Notes: a model not told the origin generated them from the letters alone. A stretch of DNA of 64,000 bases from Candidatus Saelkia tenebricola (GCA_030765145.1 JAVCDA010000010.1:119344-183343); one strand, 5' to 3'; counted from the stretch's first letter, positions 18,656 to 28,683 are shown. Translations and numbers: made by a program.

Positions 18656-21600
18656 GTTTTGATATCCGCAAAATTTTTGTTACAACATATCGTACGTCTT
18701 CCATTATTATATACACACAGGGAATAACTAAAAGGGTTAAAATTGTTGAAACGCTCATCCCTCCAATAACAGTCTTTGCCAAAGGCGACCATAAATTGGC
18801 AGATTCGCTCCTGTCCACCGCCATGGGGATTAAACTACAAATTGTAGTTAACGATGTCATAAATATCGGTCTTATCCTGCTTTCGGCTCCTAAGAGCACT
18901 GCTTTCCTTAATTCCATCCCTTCTATTCTTAAAAGATTTATGTGATCCACCATAACTATAGCGTTATTAACAACAATACCTCCCAGCATTAACATGCCCA
19001 TCAACGCACCAATATTAATCGATGTACCAGTATAGTAGAGCGTAGGGATTACACCTATCGCCGCCAAGGGAACTGTAGTCATGATGATAAGGGGCTGAAT
19101 ATATGATTCGAAGAGAGACGCTAAAACCAAGAAAATCAGAATTAAAGCTACCCAAACTGCAAAGTTCAATTGCTTGTTATTCTCTTCCATCAATTCATAA
19201 TCTCCGCTAAAGCGATGTGAGTAATCATCCGGCATTTTAAAATCGCGAAGCGCTTCTTTGGATATTTCAATTGCCTTATCTAAAGAAAGAGCACCCCTAT
19301 TAGCGCTAACCTGAACCATTCTGGATTTATTCTTATGCCAAATCTCGCTAGGCGCAATATCAAATTTAAGATCTGCGATTTGCTTGAGAGGAACCTGAAT
19401 TCCGTTGCTGTTTACAAAAGTAAGGTTCTTTAAGTCTTTAAAACTATCTCGGCTTTCTTCTTCCATCCTCACCACTATCTCTACCTCTTTAGTCTTTGTA
19501 TGAAAAAAGGAGGCCCGCAAACCTCTTATTTTTCCATGCAACTGGTAGGAGATATCCTGGATAGTCAGCCCGTAAGTGCTTGCCTTATCTTGATCTATCA
19601 AAACACGAATCTCAGGCCTACCTTCTCTCATCCTTATCTTCTGATCCGTAATGCCTTCAACCGTACTTAATTTCTGCGCTATGCCCATGGCTATCTGCTT
19701 TAAAACATCATAATCATAACCATTTATATCTATAAAAATCTCGCTACTACCTACCTCCTGAGGCAATTCAAAATAAATAAAAGCGTCAAACTGTTTTGCT
19801 ATCTCATCCATCTTAGGGCGTAATTCCGTTATAATATCATCCGTCATCCGATACCTTTGAGAGAGAGGTTTTAGTTTTACATATACTTTCGAAGACCATC
19901 TTTCTATGCGAGAAGAAACAGTTTTAATCTCAGGAACTTCTCTCAAAATGCGCTCTACCATCGCAACAGCCTTATCAGACATCTCAAGGCGAGCACCCGT
20001 AGGCAATTCTACATGAGCGGTAAACTTGTTAAGTTCGGTAATGCCAATAAATTCCTTCCCTATTTGATTCCATAATGGCAACACAATTAAAAACACCGCT
20101 ACCATAAAAAACAAAAACTGATACCTTAATCGTAAAAAGCCACCCAATAGTTTTCTGTAAAATCTTCTGCTTTTTCTCACCTTGTCTTTACGCTTATTGA
20201 TAAATGGAATACCTCGACCAAGCTCCACCATAGATGAGGCTAAAGGCACCAGCGTTAACGCAACAAATAAAGATGCCAGCAAAGAATATACTACAGTCCA
20301 AGCCAAACCGCTATAAAGAATACGCATCTGTTTGCCTACAAACATAATTGGTAAAAATGCAACTACAGATGTAATGGTAGAAGCAACAATTGCAAGACTA
20401 ACTTCCTGCGCTCCATTTAAAGCTGCTAAACGCTTGTTAGCACCTGCCTCCTTTTTTTTAAAAATATTTTCTAATACAACGATTGAAGAATCCACCAACA
20501 TTCCTATCCCAAGTGCAAGCCCTGAGAGAGTCATAATATTTAAAGTCAAACCCTGCATAAACATTATTGTAAACGTTGCCATAACAGAAATTGGAATCGA
20601 AAGTGCAATAATAAAAGTCGGCGGCATATCGTGTAAAAATAACAGCAACACTATTACTGCCAGTGCACTGCCAAACATCAGAGATTTTCGCACAGTATCT
20701 ATGGCTTCTTGAACATACTCCGCCTGCTGGAAAGTAGGCCTGATGATCACGTCTTGAGGGATGATTTTTCTTATTTCCTCAAGTTCTTTGACTATCAACT
20801 TATTAACTTTGATAGTATTAGCCGTGGATTCTTTTTGAATATAAATGGAGACTACCGGACGAGCATCTACCCTTGATAAATCCATCGGGTCCAAAAATGA
20901 ATCCTTTATCTGAGCTACATCTTGAAGGCGTATCACAGAGCCCTGGGGTGTGAAACCCACTCCGATTCCTTTGATATCTTCTATTGTATTGAACTGCCCT
21001 AACAGCCTTATTAAGTACTCAATGCGTTTGCTTTCCAAATCACCGACTAAAATATCCAAATTGTTAGCTCCGACCATATCAATTAACTGCCCCAAAGATA
21101 TGTTGTAGGCTCTTAATGTTGATTCTTCTGTTTCTACTAAAATCTTTCGCTCTCTACCACCTGCAACCTCAATATTTGCTACCCCCTCCAGTCTTTGAAA
21201 CCTTGACTTAACTTTTTCGTCAACAATTCTGCGTAACATCTCCGGAGTATATTTTTCTCCGGTCACAGCAAGTATAACAATCGGAACATCAGTCTGCTGA
21301 TACCGAGCAATAACGGGCTTTTCAATTTCTTTGGGTAATTTATCTTTGACCCTGCCAAATTTTTCTCTCACCTCCAAAGAAGCAAAATCCATATTGGTCC
21401 CCGGCTCAAACTTTAAAATTACCCGCGATTCACCCTCTTCGGATATTGCAATCAATTCTTTCAGATTACTAACATCGCTCACCGCTTCTTCAACCGGCTT
21501 TGTGACCAAGCGTTCAACATCCGGAGATGGTATCCCACCTCTAATCCGTATAATAATACTAATGGTGTCATAGCTGTAATTGGGCATCAACTCTACTGGT

Positions 21601-21695
21601 AATCGAACTAAAGCAATATACCCGATAAGAACAATGCCTAAAAAAATCATTGCCATTGTAATCGGCCGTTTAATCGCAACGCTTGCTAATCCCAT
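18642..21695 (-). CDS. efflux RND transporter permease subunit (AcrB/HAE family), second of a tandem pair
   Basis: 1017 aa, 12-TM RND architecture with large periplasmic loops; conserved RND motifs. Confidence 0.9.
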   Translation of the reverse strand: MGLASVAIKRPITMAMIFLGIVLIGYIALVRLPVELMPNYSYDTISIIIRIRGGIPSPDVERLVTKPVEEAVSDVSNLKELIAISEEGESRVILKFEPGTNMDFASLEVREKFGRVKDKLPKEIEKPVIARYQQTDVPIVILAVTGEKYTPEMLRRIVDEKVKSRFQRLEGVANIEVAGGRERKILVETEESTLRAYNISLGQLIDMVGANNLDILVGDLESKRIEYLIRLLGQFNTIEDIKGIGVGFTPQGSVIRLQDVAQIKDSFLDPMDLSRVDARPVVSIYIQKESTANTIKVNKLIVKELEEIRKIIPQDVIIRPTFQQAEYVQEAIDTVRKSLMFGSALAVIVLLLFLHDMPPTFIIALSIPISVMATFTIMFMQGLTLNIMTLSGLALGIGMLVDSSIVVLENIFKKKEAGANKRLAALNGAQEVSLAIVASTITSVVAFLPIMFVGKQMRILYSGLAWTVVYSLLASLFVALTLVPLASSMVELGRGIPFINKRKDKVRKSRRFYRKLLGGFLRLRYQFLFFMVAVFLIVLPLWNQIGKEFIGITELNKFTAHVELPTGARLEMSDKAVAMVERILREVPEIKTVSSRIERWSSKVYVKLKPLSQRYRMTDDIITELRPKMDEIAKQFDAFIYFELPQEVGSSEIFIDINGYDYDVLKQIAMGIAQKLSTVEGITDQKIRMREGRPEIRVLIDQDKASTYGLTIQDISYQLHGKIRGLRASFFHTKTKEVEIVVRMEEESRDSFKDLKNLTFVNSNGIQVPLKQIADLKFDIAPSEIWHKNKSRMVQVSANRGALSLDKAIEISKEALRDFKMPDDYSHRFSGDYELMEENNKQLNFAVWVALILIFLVLASLFESYIQPLIIMTTVPLAAIGVIPTLYYTGTSINIGALMGMLMLGGIVVNNAIVMVDHINLLRIEGMELRKAVLLGAESRIRPIFMTSLTTICSLIPMAVDRSESANLWSPLAKTVIGGMSVSTILTLLVIPCVYIIMEDVRYVVTKILRISKPRTI

Positions 21696-21698
21696 AAA

Positions 21699-24600
21699 TT
21701 ATCCCTTAAATTCATACCACCTACCCGGACCATTAGGCCCTTTAGCAATTATTATTTCTTTGTCCACCAGGTCTTTAAGGTCTCTCGCCGCGGTGGCAAC
21801 TGAAATTTTAAAAATATCCTGACATTGCCGCCGCATAATTCTACCGTGTTGCTTTATATACAATAAAACTTCTTTTTGTCGTTTGTTTAATTCCGGGAAC
21901 TTCTTGAAAACATCCCTCTCTAACACTTTTTCCTCTATTTCAGGTTCAGATAATATAATTTTTTCTTCCATTATTTCTTGGACAACTTCTATTGTTTTTG
22001 CTTTCTCAAGAGGAGATTCTTTTTCGATCATTTTTACCGCAACTAAATATAGCGCCGGGACAACAAACAATGTAAGAATCGTTGAAGAAGATAACCCTCC
22101 AATAACAGCAATCGCCATAGATGCTCTTAGCTCTGCTCCTTCACTTAAACCTAAAGCTAGAGGGATTAGGCCTAACGTAGTAGTGAGTGCAGTCATTAAT
22201 ATTGGCCTTAGCCTATGTTGGCACGCTTCTATTGCCGCATCATATGGATTAACACCTTCTGCCCTTAGTCCATTAATACGGTCTAGCAATACGATGCCGT
22301 TATTAACAACAATACCTCCTAAAATTATCACACCTAAAAATACCACTATATTTAAAGTGGTGCCTGTAAGTAGAAGGGCTATACTTATTCCGATTAATGA
22401 AAGTGGCACTGAAAACATTATTACGAAAGGCTGCCAAAGAGACTCAAACTGTGCCGCCATAATCATATATACCAAAACAATAGATAGTATAAGAGCAAAC
22501 ATTAAATTCTTGAACGATTCTGCCATTTCTTTTTTCTCTCCGCTCATTTTAACCATATAATCTTTTGGCACTTCAATTGCCTCAATAACATTTTCTATAT
22601 CCTTGATAATTTCACTGAACCTTCTTTTATAAACATTGGCGGAAACCACAACAGTCCTTTCTTGGTCTAAACGTTTAATTTGGCTGGGCCCAATTCCTTT
22701 TGCAAGATAAGCAACATCGGCTAGAGAGACTTCCACCCCTAAGGGAGAATGAATCAAAATATTTCTGACTTTAGCTATATTTTCTTTATCTTCTTCCCGA
22801 AGTCTTGTTCTGATATCATATTCCCTGCCTTCTTCTTTATATTTTGACGCTACATACCCTTTAATTGCAGCCTGAGTAGCCAAAGAAATACTGTTAACCG
22901 AGAGATTATATAGTGCAGCTTTTTTCTTCATTACATTCACTTTTATTTCAGGCTGAGCCGGAGCAAGGTCACTCTTAATATCGTATAAGCCGGAAATATG
23001 TTCAAACCGAGCGATTAAATTCTCAGAAAGAGTTCTTAAGGTGTCTATCTCCTTCCCTTTTAGCTCTATGGTAACAGGCTTACCTCCCTGCATAGCAGCC
23101 TTAAAAATTGTCTCCTGTAAAATATATTCTATTTCCGCCTTTTCTAAATCAGTACCTATTAAATCTGTTTGCAATTGCTGAACCACTCCCTGACTCTTTC
23201 TGTATTCTGCGTCTCTTTTAGACATCTTTTTAAGATTGACGACAATTTGTGCTTGATGTGAGCCCATAGTTGCCACAGCTCCGCCATACGCTTTTTCCTT
23301 ACTAGAACCAATTGTCACACCTACACCTTTTATGTCTGGATAACCGAGTAAAATACGCTCTATTTTTTTAACAACTCCATCTGTAACTTCAATCCTGCTA
23401 CCTGTAGGCATATCTATCTTAATCAAAAATTCACGCTGATCTACTTTGGGCATTAATTCTCTATCAACCGTATTCAGCAAGTAAAAAGCACCCATTGTTA
23501 TCAAGATGATAATTGCAAAATAAAAATATTTGACTTTAAGAAAAGCTTTCAGGCTCCGAGCATATGAAGATTGCAATATCCGCATCCAAGCCCATTCTTT
23601 TCGAACAGTCTTTTCGGTTTTAACTTTAGCTGCAAGTCTTGGGATTAAAGATAACGCTACAGCCAATGATGCTAAAAGCGCAAACGTTACGGTAAAAGCT
23701 AATTCTCTGAAAAGTTGCCCCGCAACTCCTTCTACAAACATAAGCGGCAGGAACACAGCAATGGTTGTAAAGGTAGAAGCTGAAATTGCAGTGGCTACCT
23801 CACTAGCTCCAGAAGATGCCGAAAGAGATGGAGATTCACCCATCTGTCTATGGCGAAAAATATTTTCAATAACAACAATTGCATTATCAACCAACATTCC
23901 TACTCCAAGCGCAAGCCCCCCTAAAGACATTATGTTTACCGAAAGACCTCTGAAATACATCAAGCTAAAAGTAAGCAGAATTGAAATAGGAATTGAAAGC
24001 GCAACTATAACAGAGCTGTAAATGTTCATAAGAAACAAGAACAAGACTATAAATGCCAATACTCCGCCTTGAAAAGCTGCGTCTCTCACCCCATTTATAG
24101 AATCTTCAATAAATTTGGACTGATCATACACAATCTCTATTTCTGCTCTACCTTTAATCCTTTCTCTAATTTCATCCAATTTTTTATTAACATCTTTAAC
24201 GACTTTTATTATATTGGCTCCTGCCTGCCTCTGAATTCTAATTGAAATATTTTCTCTTCCGTTATACCGCGATATGTTAGTTAAATCTTTCAACGAATCA
24301 ACAACTTTTCCTAAATCCTGAACATAAATAATTCTTTTATCAGATGATTCTCCTTTCATCTGCCTAATATATTCTTCATATTGCGTTTTAGGTGGGTCAA
24401 CTTCCTGCACATCAACAACTACATTTCTTATTTCTTCGACAGCCTCAAATTCTCCCATCGTTCTAATCATGTATTCATAGAACGTTTCTTTTATTGTCCC
24501 GGCAGGAAAAGTAAAATTAGTTTGCTTAATTGCTTCGGCAACTTTTAAAATCGGAATTTTATTGGCATATAATTTACCTTGATCCAATTCCACTAAAATT

Positions 24601-25145
24601 TCTCTTTCTCTTCCCCCCACAATACCGGCCGAAGCTATGCCTTCGATTTTTTCAAGCTCATCTTTGATTTCTTTTCTGCACAATTCCCGCAATTGCCTGG
24701 ATGGTATATCACCTTTTACAGAAAGAATCGCAACCGGAATTTCAAAAGGATTAAACTTCATAACAATCGGATCTTCAGAGCCTAAAGGCAATCTCTCTTT
24801 AACGAGATCAATCTTTTCTCTTACACCAAGTGAGGCAAAATCCATATTGGTGCCCCAATCGAAATCTAAGATTATAAGCGATAAACCTTCTTTAGAAAGA
24901 GAGGAAATTTTTTTAAGCCCGTTTACCGTTCCTACCGCTTCTTCCATTATTTTTGTTATTAACGTTTCTACTTCCTCAGGAGAAGCATTCTCATAAGTCG
25001 TAACAATCGTAATTTGCGGATAGGAAATCGAAGGGTACAATTCCTGGGAGAGCTTCATCCAAGAGATAACACCTAAAAGCCCTATTCCTAAATAGAACAT
25101 TGTAATTGTTACTGGTCTCCTAATAGAAAATTCAGGCAGGTGCAT
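21699..25145 (-). CDS. efflux RND transporter permease subunit with about 105-aa C-terminal cytoplasmic extension resembling a winged-helix DNA-binding domain
   Basis: 1148 aa. RND core through about aa 1040. The tail ...KRQKEVLLYIKQHGRIMRRQCQDIFKISVATAARDLKDLVDKEIIIAKGPNGPGRWYEF has an HTH-like pattern seen in Fic/RecG-type wHTH tails. Confidence 0.85.
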   Translation of the reverse strand: MHLPEFSIRRPVTITMFYLGIGLLGVISWMKLSQELYPSISYPQITIVTTYENASPEEVETLITKIMEEAVGTVNGLKKISSLSKEGLSLIILDFDWGTNMDFASLGVREKIDLVKERLPLGSEDPIVMKFNPFEIPVAILSVKGDIPSRQLRELCRKEIKDELEKIEGIASAGIVGGREREILVELDQGKLYANKIPILKVAEAIKQTNFTFPAGTIKETFYEYMIRTMGEFEAVEEIRNVVVDVQEVDPPKTQYEEYIRQMKGESSDKRIIYVQDLGKVVDSLKDLTNISRYNGRENISIRIQRQAGANIIKVVKDVNKKLDEIRERIKGRAEIEIVYDQSKFIEDSINGVRDAAFQGGVLAFIVLFLFLMNIYSSVIVALSIPISILLTFSLMYFRGLSVNIMSLGGLALGVGMLVDNAIVVIENIFRHRQMGESPSLSASSGASEVATAISASTFTTIAVFLPLMFVEGVAGQLFRELAFTVTFALLASLAVALSLIPRLAAKVKTEKTVRKEWAWMRILQSSYARSLKAFLKVKYFYFAIIILITMGAFYLLNTVDRELMPKVDQREFLIKIDMPTGSRIEVTDGVVKKIERILLGYPDIKGVGVTIGSSKEKAYGGAVATMGSHQAQIVVNLKKMSKRDAEYRKSQGVVQQLQTDLIGTDLEKAEIEYILQETIFKAAMQGGKPVTIELKGKEIDTLRTLSENLIARFEHISGLYDIKSDLAPAQPEIKVNVMKKKAALYNLSVNSISLATQAAIKGYVASKYKEEGREYDIRTRLREEDKENIAKVRNILIHSPLGVEVSLADVAYLAKGIGPSQIKRLDQERTVVVSANVYKRRFSEIIKDIENVIEAIEVPKDYMVKMSGEKKEMAESFKNLMFALILSIVLVYMIMAAQFESLWQPFVIMFSVPLSLIGISIALLLTGTTLNIVVFLGVIILGGIVVNNGIVLLDRINGLRAEGVNPYDAAIEACQHRLRPILMTALTTTLGLIPLALGLSEGAELRASMAIAVIGGLSSSTILTLFVVPALYLVAVKMIEKESPLEKAKTIEVVQEIMEEKIILSEPEIEEKVLERDVFKKFPELNKRQKEVLLYIKQHGRIMRRQCQDIFKISVATAARDLKDLVDKEIIIAKGPNGPGRWYEFKG

Positions 25146-25173
25146 TTTTATTTTCCGCGGTTAATTAGCAGTA

Positions 25174-26424
25174 TTAAAATAATTTTTCCTGTGTTTCTAT
25201 GATTTTTATCCCGGTACCGGCTGAAAATCTTTTCATACCCGGAGTCTCTATAACAATCAGAGCGCCTTCTGTAAGCCCCTTTTTAATAACAGCATAATCT
25301 GTCGTAATATACTCTACGGTAACTGGAGCATATTTAATCTTTTCTTCTTCTATCATCGCAGCGTAATAAGCACCTTGTTGAATTGATACAGATGAACTCG
25401 GTACAACCAGAGCGTCTTTCTTTCTGAATACAGCAACATCTACCCGGGCAAACATTCCGGGTTTTAACAGTTTGCCTGGGTCTAAAACTCTGACCCTGAT
25501 GTTTAATGTGCGTGTTCTTTCATCAATTGCAGGGAAAACAGTTTCCACATAACCAAAAAACACTCTTGTGGGATAGGTGTCCACCTTGACTTTTACTTTC
25601 TGCCCGGATTTAATTTTAAACACATCTTTTTCTATGACCCCTATTTCTACAAATGTATTGGCGGCATCTAACAAAGTAAAAATAATGTCATTAGGGGTTA
25701 TAAATTCGCCGACATCTTTCTCTTTTTTGTTGATAATACCTGCTTGAGGGGCTTTCATATCAAGTTTTTCTAATTTGACCTTGCTTAGTTGAAGTTCTTT
25801 TTTGCTTATATCTATTTTTGCCTTGGATACTTCAAGCTCCGCCTGCAATTGATCCAGCCTGGCTTTTATAATCGCCCCAATTTCATAAAGCCTTTTGACT
25901 ACTTGATATCTTTTAAGAGCCGCTTTATATTCAGCCTCTGTAGCATTCAATTTTGCCTGAGCCCATTGAATTTCAAGCTTCACATCTTTTGAATCAAGGG
26001 TTGCTAACAAATCTTGTTTTTTGACTTTATCTCCTTCTTTAATTTTGATATTTTTTATTACCCCATTGACTTCAAATCTAAGCTCTATCTCCGGAATATT
26101 CCTAACAGTCCCTACCGCAGGAAGTTCATCGGTAAAATCCGTGAATGCAAGCTTATAAGCCTTAATGGGGATGCTTTGCTCCGGTTGCTGCGGCAGAAGA
26201 GATATCGGCGCTTTGGGTTCGGATTTTTCCTCTTCTTTTTTAAAAGGAGTTTGCTTTTTATCTGCCACTTTAGATGAAGCAGTCAAATCCGAGGAAGGAG
26301 CAAAAAGCCTACGCACACCGACAAACAGTAAAATTACAATAATAATGTTCACTGCAATGATAACTAAACTACGCAGGGTAAATATTTTTTTAATAACGGA
26401 TAAAATGTTGGTATTTTCTTTCAT
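25174..26424 (-). CDS. efflux RND transporter periplasmic adaptor subunit (HlyD/MFP family)
   Basis: N-terminal TM anchor, coiled-coil hairpin, lipoyl and beta-barrel segments. 4-nt overlap with the OMF gene. Confidence 0.85.
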   Translation of the reverse strand: MKENTNILSVIKKIFTLRSLVIIAVNIIIVILLFVGVRRLFAPSSDLTASSKVADKKQTPFKKEEEKSEPKAPISLLPQQPEQSIPIKAYKLAFTDFTDELPAVGTVRNIPEIELRFEVNGVIKNIKIKEGDKVKKQDLLATLDSKDVKLEIQWAQAKLNATEAEYKAALKRYQVVKRLYEIGAIIKARLDQLQAELEVSKAKIDISKKELQLSKVKLEKLDMKAPQAGIINKKEKDVGEFITPNDIIFTLLDAANTFVEIGVIEKDVFKIKSGQKVKVKVDTYPTRVFFGYVETVFPAIDERTRTLNIRVRVLDPGKLLKPGMFARVDVAVFRKKDALVVPSSSVSIQQGAYYAAMIEEEKIKYAPVTVEYITTDYAVIKKGLTEGALIVIETPGMKRFSAGTGIKIIETQEKLF

Positions 26425-28667
26425 TGTAATATCTCCACGTTATCTCCTATTCTCAATCCTTTAAAATCCCTGTCTATGCCTTTCTCCAGATAACAGGCTG
26501 CTGTGTTATTATCAATTCTAGCAGGAACAAGCAAAGCATATTCTTGGCCATTTCTATAAACCATGACTTTGCTGTTGGAACTTAACCCCTTGCCTTGACC
26601 AATATTGAGTATTGCCATTCCATACTGATTGTTAACTCCAATAATCCTTCCTTGAATACCCGTAGGAATAATTTGGGTTATTTCTTTCTTAAACTCAGGG
26701 AGCTTGAAAGGAGTGTAGCTTACACTCGTTGCAGGATGATTGCTGAAGTTTTCCCAAGCAGCAATAACAGGTTTTTCTGTCACAAGGCTCATATAGCTTT
26801 CCACTCCGCAAGCTTTGGAGATACTGGAAAGAGCAATGTAATAGCCCAGCAAAGCCCTGTTATAATTTACCTCTTCGTTGGCATAGTCTAAATACCCCTG
26901 CAAAAGCTCTGTGATGTTTGCCTCTTCTACTTTCATTCTACCTTCAGTAACTTTTAATCTTCTACTATGGAACTCCAATTTTTGAAGAGATGTTTCAATC
27001 TGAAAAAGAGAGGAGACATAATTTGCATATGATCTCTCAACTTCGGAAATAATAGATTCTTCCGTTTCCACTTCTTCGTTGACTGCTTTCAAAAATTCTA
27101 CGCGTGCTGTTTTTTCATCGGAAGCCATACTCAACCTATCAACAATAGACCATTCCAAAGATTTGGTAAAAGATTTTGTCGTGTCTTCTGTGCTAAACAT
27201 TCCCACAGGTCTATTCTGCTGCACCACCGAAGCATCCAAAGAGCTGTTGCCGATAGGTCTAGACACTTTTAATCCTAGATACCAGCTATCACGGAATTCT
27301 TCAGGTTCTGATTCATAATCTTCAGCTATTTTGCCGACTTTACCGGTCAAACTAAGATGAAATCTGTTTTTTGATTTTGCAATCTGTTCGTTCAAATTGT
27401 TGAATTGTGTTACTAATTGACGTATCTTAAGTTCCGACCTCTGTGTTTTAGCAATTCTTAAGGCCGTCTCTAATCCTATATTAACTTTTCCGAAAGGCAA
27501 CCAATTGACCAATGTAATCTCCTCGTCGCCAGGTAAATTTAACGTCTGCCTGAACGCTAACTCGGATAGAGAAAGTTCTTTCTGAGTCGAAACAAAAAGA
27601 AACTTTATCTGTTGATAAGACGAAGATAGCTGTTTATATTCAACCTCTGTAATCAAACCTTGTTGATATAGCAATTTGCCCATTGCTAATAATTTATTAG
27701 CTTCAGCCAATAGTTTATTAAAAGTGTCCCAGTTCATTCTGTTCAAAACCACATTGTAAAAATTTCTTTTAAGTTCCAGGGTATAATCTGTAGAAAGTTG
27801 CTGACGTTCCATCAAAGCAAGTTCCATATTAATCTTAGCCTGCTCCAGTTTATATTGCAGTTCGCCGCCATATGAAAGAGGTTGTTCAAATTCAATTTCA
27901 GCTGATTTAGATATAATATTTACCTTACCTGTTGTTTCACCTACCGTATCAACTAATCGAACAACTGCTGTGGGGAAAAACTGTCTTCTTGCTTCCTGAG
28001 CTTTCATTTGTGCAAGTTCATATTGTTCGGTTGCAATTTGTAAAGGCCTATAATTTTCAATTCCTATATCAATCCACCGCTGCCATCCCAGTATAGCCTG
28101 TTGCCATTCTTCTTCATCTTGAGGACCTATTTTTTGCTCAGGAGTAAAACTAAATGATTTAGGTAATTCTGTTTCTTCTTCTTTACTATTTTGACTAAAA
28201 ACCACTTCTTTAATTTCGGGAAAAATTATCTTAATAGTATTATCATCAGAGATAATATTATGTTTGAACTCCTTGCTGCCCTTAATAACAATCCCATCAA
28301 CCTTTCCTGCTTCACTATCTCCAGGTTCATAGCCCGGATAAAATTTTACAGTTGCATATTGTAATCCAAACGAGTTCATCTCTAACTTGAATTTTTCCAT
28401 ACAAAGTAAATTACTCCCAATAAGATCCACAAAAAGAGTTTGCTTGTCCTCCATCCAGTAAGTGTGATATAAAGGGCTGCTATTAAATGATATGGTTATT
28501 GCAAACTTTTTATCTAAAAACCCTTTTTGGATATCTTTAAGAATAACCGTATCATTAACATGATACGGTTGGGAATAAGCAAATGATACGGTTACTAAAA
28601 ACCAGATTACGAATGATACGGTTGTTAATTTCTGATTTTTTTTCTCTATCATTCTTAACATAACCAT
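26421..28667 (-). CDS. TolC-like outer membrane efflux factor with N-terminal AMIN-like extension and extra C-terminal beta module
   Basis: The central 430 aa show the two-repeat OEP/TolC pattern. The N-terminal 200 aa include an AMIN-like segment (FAITISFNSSPLYHTYWMEDKQTLFVDL). The C-terminal 110 aa (GRIIGVNNQYGMAILNIGQG...VMVYRNG) are similar to the C-terminus of the coiled-coil protein. Confidence 0.8.
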   Translation of the reverse strand: MVMLRMIEKKNQKLTTVSFVIWFLVTVSFAYSQPYHVNDTVILKDIQKGFLDKKFAITISFNSSPLYHTYWMEDKQTLFVDLIGSNLLCMEKFKLEMNSFGLQYATVKFYPGYEPGDSEAGKVDGIVIKGSKEFKHNIISDDNTIKIIFPEIKEVVFSQNSKEEETELPKSFSFTPEQKIGPQDEEEWQQAILGWQRWIDIGIENYRPLQIATEQYELAQMKAQEARRQFFPTAVVRLVDTVGETTGKVNIISKSAEIEFEQPLSYGGELQYKLEQAKINMELALMERQQLSTDYTLELKRNFYNVVLNRMNWDTFNKLLAEANKLLAMGKLLYQQGLITEVEYKQLSSSYQQIKFLFVSTQKELSLSELAFRQTLNLPGDEEITLVNWLPFGKVNIGLETALRIAKTQRSELKIRQLVTQFNNLNEQIAKSKNRFHLSLTGKVGKIAEDYESEPEEFRDSWYLGLKVSRPIGNSSLDASVVQQNRPVGMFSTEDTTKSFTKSLEWSIVDRLSMASDEKTARVEFLKAVNEEVETEESIISEVERSYANYVSSLFQIETSLQKLEFHSRRLKVTEGRMKVEEANITELLQGYLDYANEEVNYNRALLGYYIALSSISKACGVESYMSLVTEKPVIAAWENFSNHPATSVSYTPFKLPEFKKEITQIIPTGIQGRIIGVNNQYGMAILNIGQGKGLSSNSKVMVYRNGQEYALLVPARIDNNTAACYLEKGIDRDFKGLRIGDNVEILQ

Positions 28668-28683
28668 ATCATAACCGTATCAT
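28545..28683. repeat. cluster of six copies of the 11-bp motif AACCGTATCAT / ATGATACGGTT (both orientations) spanning the OMF start codon and first 40 codons
   Basis: Copies at 28545-55, 28560-70, 28583-93, 28613-23, 28662-72 (variant AACCATATCAT) and 28673-83. The first two form a 26-bp palindrome. Confidence 0.85.

Noticed and set aside
20332-24996. Several 100-225 aa ORFs on the plus strand inside the two RND permease genes (20332-20712, 21883-22560, 23530-24021, 24637-24996)
   Set aside because: They lie antisense to strongly supported RND coding sequence. They have low-complexity Ser/Ile/Ala-rich translations typical of the reverse frame of membrane-protein genes, and no SD or family signal.
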